From Podarcis bocagei (Eukaryota), in assembly GCA_964188305.1 (NCBI GenBank), contig OZ076895.1: 64,000 nucleotides of DNA; one strand, written 5' to 3'. Shown here in pieces: positions 51,980-64,000 of the stretch. Numbering within the stretch: position 1 is the stretch's first letter; the number at the start of each line of letters is the position of its first letter. The translations under genes were made by a program, and so were the position numbers. The notes under the pieces are model-generated. The model was not told the DNA's origin. It ran no database searches and saw only the letters and a program-made list of their open reading frames with translations.

Positions 51980-53328
51980 GTAAGTAAGTACCGCTGCTTC
52001 TAGTTTATGAAACTTATATGAGCCTTGATCCTCTTATGCCCTTGATCCTCTTATGCCCTTGCATGACTCCAAAGTTTGATTGCTTAAGACAGCCACCAGC
52101 CACAATTTATTTCATGACTTAATATCATCATGCTTCACATTCAAAATTACTTTATTTATGATACCAACGTATAACCCTTTGGGCAAGATGGCGGAGGGGT
52201 GGAATTCAAATGTGTTCTCCAGTCGGCAAAACACTCCAATAAGTTGGCCTGGCAAGGGCTGCTGAGATGTTGCACCTGTAACAGGAGTGCGCTTGGCAGA
52301 GGTTCAACAGGTGCAGCTTTTTCCAAGATGAAAACGCATTGATGACATCCCTTCTACTTGAGAACTTTGACAAACTTCATACAACTAAGCCAAAATTTTG
52401 GTCTTTTTGTTAAATAGTTGATCTGGCAACCCTACAATATATGTACAAGTGCAGGTGAAATGGGAAAGAATGGAGCGGGGGAGGGGTGTCCTGACATCAC
52501 ATCCCGACACTATGAAATGAATTGAAATTTGAAATTTCAAGCCACTTTGTTCCATACGAAAATTGCAAAACTGTCAGCCTGAGATTTCAAAGAGATGGGA
52601 TGCTTGGAAGTGAAAAGGCCCTGTGCTAACATACACAAAGACAAGCAACTGCTAATTCTTTAGGAGGGCTGTGCAGAGTGGAAACAGTGTAATTAGCAAC
52701 TAAGACTGGAAGACCTGAGGTGGTTTCTAGTGTTGTGAATGTATACTTCTGGGTGGCTTCCAACATATATAAAAACATAATAAAACATTAAACATCAAAT
52801 CCTTCTATGATCTATGACAAGATTAATCTAGAGCTGTTTTTTCCAAATGAGATGATTTTGCTGCAAAAAAATCTTTCATCCGTGTAGAAAAAAAGGCATG
52901 CACAAAACACGTACACCATATCCTATAGCAAAAGGAAATATCTGTTTTACACAGTTTATTCACGTAGCAGACAGAAACAGATTTAGGGGAGTGCAACCAG
53001 TTTGGATCCATGGGGTGCAGAGCCTCGGAGATGCCTCAGGATACATCACAACTATTATTTATAATGAAAAGAGAGAGGCAGGGGGCACCGAATTTTGGCT
53101 TTGCACAGGGCGCTATTGAAATTCGAAACCCCAAGGTCCACCACTGTGATGGAGACCCACCAACAATTGTGATTTTCCACCATTTATTAAGGGTGTTCAC
53201 TGACTCTATGCAGCCCAAATTATGATGTGAATCAGATTGATTCAGGGAAAGTTAGTGTGCTTCCAAGTCAGATCACGCAGTTAACAAGGTGCCTTAAGGC
53301 AGATCAGGGATTTCCTACACTTCCAAGT

Positions 53329-53708
53329 AGGGATGGAATGAGCTGTCAAGTTCCATTCTCTAAATTTCTCATTTGTCTAATCTTAACTTCAGCTTTCCAC
53401 ATTTCTGCAGCGATTTCTGGTGTTTTTTTATTATAAAATCCTCATGAACCTTATTGGAATTTTAGTGTGCCTTTCTCTCATGTAATTCACTTTGTAAATT
53501 ATTTTCTGTGCTATGTTCATTTTTATGCACATTTTTCCTAATATAAGCATTTTTGTAAACATTGGTTGACCAATTGGTTGGGAAACTACATTGCAAAATT
53601 CGGATAAGCATGAATTTCAAATGGTGGCTATGTTTCGCTTCCCAAATTGTTTCAGAAAGTATGAAATTGATAGATTTGCCTTCAAATGCAGACTGAATTG
53701 AATTCCCC
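53329..53708. mobile_element. Degraded DNA-transposon-like repeat starting TAGGGATG; related copy in opposite orientation at ~32945-33132
   Basis: TTGGGAAACTACATTGCAAAATT...ATTTCAAATGGTGGC here matches the reverse of GCCATCCTTCAAAAT...AATTTTGCTATGCAGTTCTCCAA at ~33020-33072. Confidence 0.4.
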
Positions 53709-56700
53709 CTGTGAACTGCCCTGAGACCTGCGGGTATAGGGCGGTATACAAATTTAACAAATAGCATAATAATAACTGTCCAAAAATTCATTAGGGGGAA
53801 ATCTCATTCAGTCAAACCCGGGCCTTCTCCTACATGTGGAGTCGTCACTTCCATAGACAGGGCTAACTGGTATATTTCCTTTCCACCATCACCTTTGCAG
53901 CTAATGGCCTGAGAGCAGTTTCAGCAGAGTTGCATGAAGCAGAAATCTTCTTCAAATAGTACTCCAGTAACAAAAGATCTATTGTATCTTTTTTTTTTTT
54001 CCTAGGCTCCCAAATTTGCATCTGGCTTTCAGTCTGACTTTTCAGTCATTACTTTGAACTAAGGCTTCCAGAAGTGAATTCAACCATCCTATCTTACATC
54101 TTGCTGCAAAGGCTGAAGCCAAGGCAATTTGAAACAAACCTCAAAGCCATTTCTCTCCCGATTAGTAACATTTCTCTCAGCCTGCGCCAGGCTAAAATGT
54201 CACAATTTCTGGAAGTCAAATGCTACATTTACCAAAGTAAAATGTCATCCTGGCTCCAAAGACCTCCCCCCGCCCAACATTCTGTGTTTCACCTGCTCCA
54301 CTTCCCCCTTCTCCTCAAAGAGAATATTCTAAAGGGTGCAGAGAAAGTTAACATTTTCCTACTCATGTTTTAGAAGCTTATGCAAATATGGGACTAGAAA
54401 GGGACTGAAGAGACTGGCTTCTTAGTATTGTCAGTCAGAAGGGTCAGATAGAAAACTAGGACCCATTGCAAGAGCTTTTCGGAGTACATTTTTACCCCTG
54501 ATTTCTTAGGACAGTGCTGAGTGGGGATGATGGGAGTTGTAGCTGAAAACATCTGGAGGTCACCAGGTTCGAGAAGGCCAATTTAGAGTCACCGCTTCTT
54601 CCTTTTGTCTAGCAGGCCTCCTGTTCAAGTCCATCAGGCCTATCATCACATGCAAGTAGGGGTTCTAGGCTTATTTCCTCAGTTTGGGAATGTGGCAGTG
54701 TTACTGGGTAGTTCAGAATCTACAGAATTTCCATCCTGAGGGAAACTATCTCAAGGCAGGGCAGTGCTCAAAATATCTATCACTAGCAAGACACAAATTG
54801 TTAGCACTGGTTCCAATCTGATCAGAAGCTGGAACTGGGGTATGGAGCTGTCTTGTACTAAGTTAGACCATTGGTCTATCTAGCTCAGAATTGTCTTCAG
54901 GAAACTGAGACATGAGTCTGTCCTGCCTGGAGATACCAGGAATTGAACCTGGAGCCTTTTCTATGTAAAACATATGCTGTACCACTGAGCTACAGAGTGG
55001 TCATGCAACCTACTTTTCAGAGGACAGTCCTCTATTTTTGAAGGTGTCCTCTGCTGAGGGGCTGTCCAGTTCAAGTCTGATTTAAAGAAATCATAAAAGG
55101 AGCTTTGAAGTTACCCATCCACAGTTAACAACACCTGGTCAGCAGACTGAGCAGGCACGCATTGGTCACCTGGTGTTTTCCCCACTATGGTGAGATGTAT
55201 TATATTTGGATAAAATGAGAGATTTGCAGGAGGTGGGTGATTTTCATCAGGAACACAGCAAGTAGGGAAAGAGTTCAGCTTTATCTCCTGAACTCCTGCC
55301 TTCCCAAACCTAACTGCCCAACATGGCTGCTATTCAACATTCCTCCCCAGCCCTTTCCCCCCTACACCTAACTGCAATCTGAACCCGTGGCTGCTATTTG
55401 CATTTTTTAAAGTGCACATTAAATTTTAAAAAACCTGTAACTTACTGTAATGATTAGCTTGGCTCTCGGACTCCTATCCAATACCTTACCACTGAGTTAG
55501 ACTGTACTCAAGTCCTGTTTGTAGGCTTTCCATAAGGTTCTGGTTGTCCACTGTGAAAACAGGACAATTGTCTAGATGCAGCCTTGGCCTGATGCAGCAG
55601 GACTCTTCTTACATTTTCTCTGACTTGCCAGTTCCCCTCAGATCAGCCTCTATAACCCAAGCAATGTGCATTGACTGGGATTTCACATATGCAGGTCACA
55701 TTTTATAAGGCTGTTCGGTAAACTTATGATCACAGCTGTAGGGCTTCTGCTAATAGACACTGGGTTATGGGACTATTTTATAAATTAATAACATTGTTGA
55801 CCATTTCCTCTCTAACATCTTTTGTGGTTTTATTGGTCTTTTCCCAAGCTGATCTAAGAACTCGTCATTGCAGCCCAAGGATTTGATTTCTTGGTGTGTG
55901 TTTTTTATTATTCCTTGGCTAAGAATTGAGGGCATGCCTTTTATCTGTTGTTTTAACAAGAGTTTTATCTTATATCAGTAAGGAGCAGAGGCCAGGTATA
56001 CTGAAGTAATGACAAAATTACACTGCAGGAATGGAAAGGGAGCAGGAAACCTGATTGAGACAGAGATCTGAAAGAGGCAAGAGCCTCTGATTGATGTGTA
56101 GAGCTTTGTAGGTACAAGTAACAACAGATAGCAACAGGTAGCAACAGGTAGCTTGTAAATGGTCTGACAGAGAAACCTATAATAAATCCAACTTCATTCT
56201 ATAGTTCTATTTCAAAAACACAGTATCATCTGCTGTATATTTTGGAAAGTTGACTGTTCCAGGTCTGTGCAGAGGGTGTGGGGCAGCTGGGCACACTGAT
56301 CCCCAGGCCTCATTGGGCTAAGCTGACCAGGGCCCCCCTGTCAGGGACCAACTGCTTTTTCTTTTAGTTTATAACTTTAGTTTCACAAGACTTCTGCCCT
56401 GGGCAAGCTCTGTATGGACTATTTCTGTTCGCTATGGATAACCAAATTTTGTGTGATGGTTTCTGAGATCAAGGAGCAGGCTTTCATCTGAGATCAAAGA
56501 GCAGGTTTATGTTGGGTGCCATTTTGATCAAGACAGCAAACTCGACTTTTCAAAACTGCACTGATTTTAACCAAATTTTGCATATCATTTGCTGAGATCA
56601 AGGAACAGGTTTTCTTCTATGTTTGGATACAGTTGGGTGCCATCTTGAATCAATACGGTGGAATGAACTTCTCATAACTGTACTGATAATAACCACAAAT

Positions 56701-59484
56701 TTCAGCACTGCACTGATTGTTTGGTTTCTTGGAATTCCCAAGCACAAGGTACAAGGCTGTTAGTTAAATGCAAGAAGGGGCTTGCAGGATCAGACTAAAG
56801 ACTCACCTAGTCCAACCCTCTGTTTCTTACAACAGCCAAAAGCCCCCAACAGGGCATGAGAGCAATATCGTTTCCCCAATCTTGCTCCCTAACAACTAGG
56901 GAAGGTTGAATTAGTCTATTTCCATCCCATGCCACATGTATTCACTGATGCTTGCCCCATTTCCACAACAATCTGCATTTTTTAAAGAAATGCATTTTTT
57001 TGCAATCTGATGTGTGAAATGGACCTGAACCCTGAATTCTAAGACTATATTTGCATCCTCAGGAGAGCCAGGGACAGCTCCCAAGTTTGGTGCAGTCCTT
57101 GGGCAAGATTCCCTTGTTCAGGGCGGAGATCCCCAAGTAGGATTAGTCTTTGTCACTTTCATCCCTGGCCATTCAATTTGGCCTCTCCCACTTGGCCCAG
57201 TGCACAACACTGCTCCAAAGGAGAGGGGAAGTTGCGAGGAACTTGCTATTCCTTTCCCTTGTGTCGCCATAAAGCTTGCTGGGTTGGCGTGAGAACTGGT
57301 TGGGACAACTGCACTGCTCTCATATAGTTTTGAACTTCTTAGCCTAACCTTGGACTTTGGAATTCTGGTCGTGTTCCTAGCTTGGTTAACTCCTCTGTCC
57401 GGTTTGTAGGCGCTCTGGGGCAGAATTAGCTTTTCTTGCTGCTGTTGCAACTATATTGTACTTTGCTTTAATAAAAGTCCTTCTCTTCCTCTCAAGTAAC
57501 AGCCTCTGGTGTCATGTCTGGAGCAGGAGGCAGGACACAAAACTATTAAATACTGGGAATCTCAGAAGCCTCTCTACAAATGCCCCCATCCTTTCCAGGA
57601 TGAGAGTTGCTGTAAATTTGCCAGAGGCAAATCCATTCCAACCATACCAGTTGCCAGCACATCCTTGCTGGCAATGAATTCAAGGTGTGTTTGGCCTCCA
57701 AAGGTATCTTCTTCCACACTGCATTTGGTTTCAGCACACTGAACAGGGACCTTCACAAAACATGGTGAGCATTTCATAGCTTTGCATGAGGAAGGGAGGA
57801 GTTGGGGAAGGGGGGGGGGAGAAAGAGACAGAGAGCTCCCAATCCTTCTCAATATCCATTCCCACTTCTCATGTTTTTTTTTGTTTTCATTTGTTTTTGT
57901 TGAATGATTCTCTGCTCTTAGTGCCTGGGGCCTTCTGCTTACTGTCTGTTCCAGCCCTCCTCTCCAATAATTAAGCAATCTATGATTGGTGTCTGGGTAA
58001 AGGCAGCTTTTTGTCTGAAAGTTTTGGGCTGAAAGAAATGAAATGGAGCCTTTAAACGTCCCAGCATCCTGCTGCTCTATTTCTGCAATGCCTCAACAGA
58101 TAGCAGCAGGATGCTAAATGCTATGCTTCAGTAGCAGAAGGCTGTACCCTGAGCAATTTGTATGTACCCAATTAGAACCATTCTCCCTGACTACACTAGT
58201 CCCTTTTAATAAGGGGTGAGAAGCTCCTTTAATAAAAAAAAATTAGCCACAGCACCATACTCTCGCCTCATCGTCTCTCCACATGCTTTCTTAAATTGGA
58301 AAGCAAGCTCTTTAGCTTGGAGAAGAAGCCCCAGAGCAGACATATCTCCTTATGTATACAAGCAAATTTGGTTTGCTTCACTGAAGCACAGCATGGTTAC
58401 ATCCTTTTTTTATATTTTTAATGAACTGGCTGACCTGTACTTTCATGGAAGGGCCATCACTTTAAAAAGCCTTGCCACACCATTCAGACACCAGTGGCTG
58501 TGATTTGGATCACCTTTTTGAAGAAGCAAAGCTGATGTCATCTTCACCATTGCTTTAGTGCACCATTGCACTAAAACTGGCCTCACCATCAGCAACATCA
58601 TCATTACCAGCACAATATATAGATATATGATAACTCATAGCAGGGCAGAAGTGGGGGACCTTTTTCTAAGCCAAGGGCCATGGTAGACTTCCTGTGGTAG
58701 AGAGGGCCAGTGATAAAAGACAGCAGATAAATGGGTGTTACTTTTCCCTCTATACAGTAGACTATATTCTAGCCATGCAAATGTCAGAGGTTTGCACACA
58801 GGCATCTATCTAAGCAGGCAAGAGGCATCACTACAGTTCAAGGACACATTGCAAATGAGCAACAGCAATTGAGGGGGACATGGAGCAGGACCAGTGAGGA
58901 TTGTGACCTGGAGAGAGTCCCAAGGGCAAGATAAAGTCCCTACCTTAGGGACCACTTTCTTTCATACCAGTCTGTCTGCAGCCTAAGAGCTGTGTGGAAT
59001 TGATGAGCCTATTTGAAATACTCCAGCATGCTAAGGTTGCTCTTTGTTCCATGAAAGCATGGGGACTCTTGCAAGAGGTTTCAGGAGCTACATTCAGGGA
59101 AAGGAACTGCACTCCTAAACCACTTAAGCTTTTATTCTGAATGACTTCCCTGCAGCTTTTAAAAAATGCATTTGAACATCCCAAGCTTTTGCATATGGAA
59201 ACATTTCAAAAAAGAAATGGTGTCTTATTTCCCCAGGGATTCTGTAGCCAAATTTGTAAATCTGGCGTTACGCTCAACATTCTCTAGCCTTATATCTTCC
59301 TCCCACATTCTTTATTAGACTGTAATTTTGAGCGCTGTTGTTTGCTGTGGGATCTCCGAAGTTGAAATCCCAAAGGCACTTACAAATATTCGGAGCTGCA
59401 GTCAGAGAAAATTTCACCTTGTGGGGGTGAATGCTAACATAGACGTGCCTCTTCTTTCTTCCCCTTCCTCTCCCCACGCCCAAA

Positions 59485-59486
<2 letters not shown>

Positions 59487-59535
<49 letters not shown>
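59487..59535. repeat. (TC)n microsatellite
   Basis: Directly visible. It produces the ERERER and SLSLSL ORFs in the track. Confidence 0.95.
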
Positions 59536-59538
<3 letters not shown>

Positions 59539-60217
59539 ACATAAACAGAATTATTAAGTTTAATCAAAAATGCACCATCTCACTTTCCTACTGGCGAGTT
59601 CTTGATTAGCAGACTGTAACTATATCAGCAGCAATTTCATTTAGAGCTGAAATCAAAGCCAGTCTACTCAGACTCTGTTGGTCCACAGCTGACCTCAGGT
59701 TATTTTATTCTTTTAATTTGATGAGTTCCAGCTTTGAAAAAAATGCTCTCAACAGGACTGGCACTCAAAAACTCTGTGTGTTGTTGTCCATATGCAACGA
59801 GCTTTTCAGTAAACAGCTTGTCACACCAAGTGCAGGAAGCAGCAAGACCTACATTACCTTAATATTAACAACAGTGTTCTTTAGAGGCATCTGCAGTGGT
59901 ACACCCAAGGCAGCAAACATCTGTACTCTCAAGGGCCAATCTGTTCTCCAGACAATGGCCACTGTCAGTATTCTGTGGAAAATGCTGAAAATGTAGGTTT
60001 GTGCAACTGAAGTAGATTAAAGCACTCTGGTGAAACAGATCTACTTTATAAAAAAATACTTTGTGATTAGGAAAGTGGTGGGTTAACAGATTTAAAAAAA
60101 TGTGGGATAAATGACTGGTTGATGAGGATACCTATAAACACCATACAGGCAAATCAGGGTGAATGTCTCAGGTTGAGGACAGCTGAGAGGGGTGACAGAT
60201 CTGGGGGGCAGCAGCAT

Positions 60218-60516
60218 GTTGTTGTTGTTTAGTCGTTTAGTCATGTCCGACTCTTCATGGCCCCACGGACCAGAGCACGCCAGGCACCCCTGTCTTCCAC
60301 TGCCTCCCTCAGCTTGGTCAGACTCATGTTTGTAGCTTCGAGAACACTATCCAACCATCTCGTCCTCTGTCGTCCCCTTCTCCTTGTGCCCTCCATCTTT
60401 CCCAACATCAGAGTCTTTTCCAGGGAGTCTTCTCTTCTCATGAGGTGGCCAAAGTATTGGAGCCTCAGCTTCACGATCTGTCCTTCCAGTGAGCACTCAG
60501 GGCTGATTTCCTTAAG
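60218..60516 (-). mobile_element. 5'-truncated Bov-B (RTE) LINE in ISX intron 1, flanked by 82-bp direct repeats
   Basis: Encodes KEISPECSLEGQIVKLRLQYFGHLMRR... and has a (CAA)n tail. Flanks 60136-60217 and 60517-60598 match at 79 of 82 positions. Confidence 0.93.
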
Positions 60517-62464
60517 AAACACCATACAGGCAAATCAGGATGAATGTCTCAGGTTGGGGACAGCTGAGAGGGGTGGCAGATCTGGGGGGCAGCAGCATAC
60601 TAGTCACCATCTCCTTCACTTGTCCCCCACCACCTCCAGCATGTCCTGGCCTTCCTGGGCTGCCTCCAGTCACCTCAGGCAGCAGTGGTGGGGGCAGAGG
60701 AGCAGGCGAGAGTGCTATTTTCTGCTTTGCCTCAAGTGGCAAAACATTCTTGACCCCTATAGTTTCTAGCTCATATAGATTTTTGTTAAAAACTGAACAG
60801 AACTTTTTTCTAAAACAACTTGTTTCAACAAGATTGAAATTTACAGGACTCCTGTCTTTAATGCACATCTAAGGAAATGTTTGCTTATCTCTGATCACTG
60901 CCCTCATAGTGTCCGCGAGACTTAGTGTGACTGGCACTTGTTCCTTGAGGCAACTTCAAGAGATGCATCTAATGAGCTGTATTTTGATACGCTACTTAAA
61001 GGTCCAAGGGTTTGAGATGGAACTTTCTGGTACATAAGCTTCATTCATTCAATCAATCTGACCCTTCCTTCTGAGATGAGCCTGTGATGACAGTATTCAT
61101 TACGATGGATGCTTATACTTCTGCCTAACTTGCAGCCACACTGAAAACTGAGCTTGTAAGATTGTCGTCTCAGAATATATTCCCTTCAGCATTACCCCCA
61201 CCAACCATGTGTATCCTGCTACTTGCTGTAATGCTACAGCTATAAGATTGTGTTGTTTAGTAATAAGGTGGCTGAGGCTAAACATAATAGGTGATAAAAG
61301 TGTGCCTAATATGTGGTTGAGACTGTGACTGACCACCTACATGTGAGCAACTGCTCATTATTAGATGCCACTTTGCAGGCATCTCTACTCAGTGCCCACT
61401 TGTTAGGGGCAGGGTTGGTGGAAAGGGCAATATGGACAGGAACGGTAGACTTGGTCCTAATCAAGCCTTCACATATAGCACTTGCAAACAAGGCTTTATA
61501 TCTCAGCCTAGCCATCCTCAGTAGCCTGTTGTGATTTGTTGTGACACATGAATTACTTGGAAAGGAGTGTGATGCGTATGTGTTTGGTCTTTCAAAAAAA
61601 AAAAACAGCCAATGAGATGTGCTTGGTAGAATTGTGTAATAGCCACAAGACTTGGCTTGATTTGATCATGTGTAAATCAGCCTGGTTTTGCTTGGGAGCA
61701 GCTTTTCAAGTGTGTAATAAACATCTCTAAGCTTAAGGAGACTCAGTCCCCTGCATCAATTCAGAGGCTGACTAGTTCACTTCGGGGGTCTGAGTCTTCT
61801 TTGTCCCCCACCCCTCCACTATTGAAAAATCAATATCCTTTTGACAGAAGGGGTTAAAGTTTGTAGGCACAGTAGCCCCTCCAGGTTGGGTAAAGTTTGC
61901 CAAATTATAGGCAGACAGATCCTGGGTCTTTTTGTGCTGGACAACTGTAAGATGGGGGGGGACGGGTCCTATCTATACTTTTTATTTTGGGCCATAATTG
62001 GATTAATCCCACTCCTCTCAAAAAGGAAACCAACCATACTCTTTTTCCCCCCTTAATCAGAATTTAGTGGTTTGTTGCTTTTCTAGAGAAGGGTGCCCCC
62101 CCCAGCAGGAGCGGAGGAAGGGGGGTGAAGTGGGTGTGGGCCACCCTGGGTGTCACCACTGATGAGGTTGACAAAATGCCTGAGCCATGCGTCTCTCCTG
62201 GCAGAGATGCGGTGGCTTGGGCGCACACAGGCTCTGTGCTGCCCAAATGGTCCACCCACTGCCTCCACCTCAGCTGTAGGGCGACTGAATGGGAGGAGGC
62301 AGGCAAACTCTGAAGGCCCCGCGGTGTGCCCTGCCCCATGGGTGGCTTGTGCCACCCTAGACACCCGAGTGGCTTCCTCCGCCGCTGCCCCCTAGATCAA
62401 CTTCAAACACGTCCCTGTCTTATAAAGATAATCCCCTAAAATACCTATTCCTCTGTTTGTACAG

Positions 62465-62616
62465 ATGAAAAGAAAGGGAAACGAAGGATCAGGACAACAT
62501 TCACAGCAGAGCAGCTTCAAGAACTAGAGAGGATCTTCCACATTACACACTACCCAGATGTTAACATCCGCAACCAGCTAGCAGCAAAGATCAATCTTCC
62601 AGAAGCCAGGATCCAG
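62465..62616 (+). CDS. ISX: ISX coding exon 2: PRD-class homeodomain up to residue 46
   Basis: Acceptor CTCTGTTTGTACAG. Translates (D)[50 protein letters not shown], then GT at 62617. Closely resembles the ISX homeodomain as I recall it ([45 protein letters not shown]). The intron after Q46 is typical of PRD-class genes. Confidence 0.93.
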
Positions 62617-62882
62617 GTAAATTATTTGTCCCTCTGATGTAGGGTCAGTCCAATACATTTTGCTGCCTGAAGGAAACTAAAGTGTGTGGCTGTAAATATG
62701 CTCAGGAAATGGGTGGGATAGAATCCTCCCATTCATTACAACCCACGTGCCTGGATATATTGGAACGGGCAATCTGTTTTAATTAGGTTGGTTCCCACCA
62801 GACCCTTGGTTCCATCAATTCACTCCCAGTGCCCCCTATAAAAAGCATTATTCAGAAAATTGGTTTGCATGGCCCACTAAGG

Positions 62883-64000
62883 CAGTGTTTCCCAACCACT
62901 GTTCCGTGGCACACTAGTGTGCCGCGAGATGTTGCCTGGTGTGCCGCGGGAAAAATTAAAAAATTCGAAAGATATTTTTTTTTAAGTCAAATTTTCGATT
63001 GGGGCACCGTCACTAGATGACCCCTGGGGTTCCCTCCCTCCCTCCCGATCTGCACCTCCCTCCTCCTCCTCCGGGGAGACCCTTCCTGGCTCTCGGCCAA
63101 GGCTTGGCGGCTGCCACTCACTCACTCGCTCGCCCACCCGTCCCTCCATCCCTGCACCCGGCCTCTCCCCCTCCGTCCCCGGCGCGGGGGCTGCCGGGAT
63201 CCGTAGTCCCCTCGCCCTTGGGCTCCGCGCCCGCGCGGGGTGCGCGAACTACGTTTCCCAGCGTGGCCTGGCGGGCCGGGCATTTTGTTTGAAGCGCTCT
63301 TCTCCCGGCCATGGAATGAGCGCAACGGCGGCAGCCGGGCGGGCAGGGGCTCTTCCGCGCAGACCCTGCGCAGCCTGCCTGCGCCCCCGTGGAGATCGGG
63401 CGGCAGGATGGAGCCCGGGGATCCCCGCGGAGGCGGAGCGGCGGAGGCGGAGGCTGCCCCCCAGGTAGGGCTGCGTCGGGGGGTTTTAATTTTTGCAATG
63501 CTGCATCCGCGCCGGAGGGGACGCATCGGACCGCGGGGAGACCCCTTGGCGGGCGTGCAAGGCAATGCATGCGTGCAGGCGTTGCATGGAGTGCAGTGCA
63601 ATGCAATGGCAACGCGGCGCCCTGCATGCATGCATGCAACTTCCACCGGCGCTCCGGACTTGGCAGGTGAGGGGGGTCCCCAGTGGGCGGCAGAGAGAGC
63701 CGGGAGGGCGAAGGGGAGCCGGGGGGGAGCAGCGCTGCTCCCCGAGCCGAGCCCGGGGGGAAACTTCGGCGTCGTTGCGCCGGGTGTTGGAAGCGGAGGC
63801 TGGCGGGGGCCCCTCACCTGCAAAACCTGGTCGCCTCTCATATATTTCGTGCATTGCATTCATCGCCCGCTTTCTCCTCCAAGGAGCTCCCGGGGGCGTG
63901 CGTGGTTCTCCCCGTGTTATCCTCGCAACAACAGCCCTGCGAGGTGGGTCAGGCGAGTGGCCCAAGGGAGCACCCAGGGATTGTCCTGGCCAGGTGGGGT
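62883..64000. mobile_element. Left end of a probable hAT (Charlie-like) element with a very GC/CpG-rich interior; continues beyond the window
   Basis: Starts CAGTGTTTCCCAACC, with subterminal GTGTGCCGCG repeats and an abrupt change in composition. Predicted TSD CACTAAGG (62875-62882); the right end is not in the window. Confidence 0.65.

Noticed and set aside
52023-52061. 17-bp tandem duplication near the exon 1 donor (a similar short duplication lies at ~34420-34482)
   Set aside because: Ordinary slippage duplication with no evident function.
57010-57540. Possible sense-strand solo LTR in ISX intron 1 (AATAAA at ~57470)
   Set aside because: No matching TSD or definable left end.
49000-62460. 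Canonical DR5 or DR2 retinoic-acid response element near ISX
   Set aside because: A visual scan found only half-sites and imperfect pairs; a PWM scan is needed before calling one.
63017-63965. Overlapping Pro/Ala/Gly/Arg-rich ORFs up to 245 aa
   Set aside because: Explained by stop-codon scarcity in very GC-rich DNA; no transposase or homeodomain (WFQN) motif.

Overview
Eukaryotic, repeat-rich genomic DNA. The repeat content (Sauria SINEs, a Squam3-type SINE, Bov-B, L2, CR1) points to a squamate, probably a lacertid lizard; that assignment is inferred. The one host gene I can support is ISX (intestine-specific homeobox, PRD class) on the + strand. Its first two coding exons are 51793-51979 and 62465-62616; they splice in frame, and the gene continues past the window end. 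The ~50 kb upstream has no other convincing host exon. It holds a young 4.4-kb single-ORF L2 LINE with a target-site duplication (TSD) and a 5' array of ~113-bp GC-box monomers, plus LINE fragments, SINEs, hAT and Tc1/mariner MITEs, solo LTRs, microsatellites and two assembly gaps. Most short ORFs in the supplied track are noise or repeat fragments. I cannot establish a new biological system from sequence alone. The best leads are the L2 monomer-array architecture, a twin-priming-like Bov-B inversion, an 82-bp Bov-B TSD, and a CpG-rich hAT element with apparently captured DNA in ISX intron 2.
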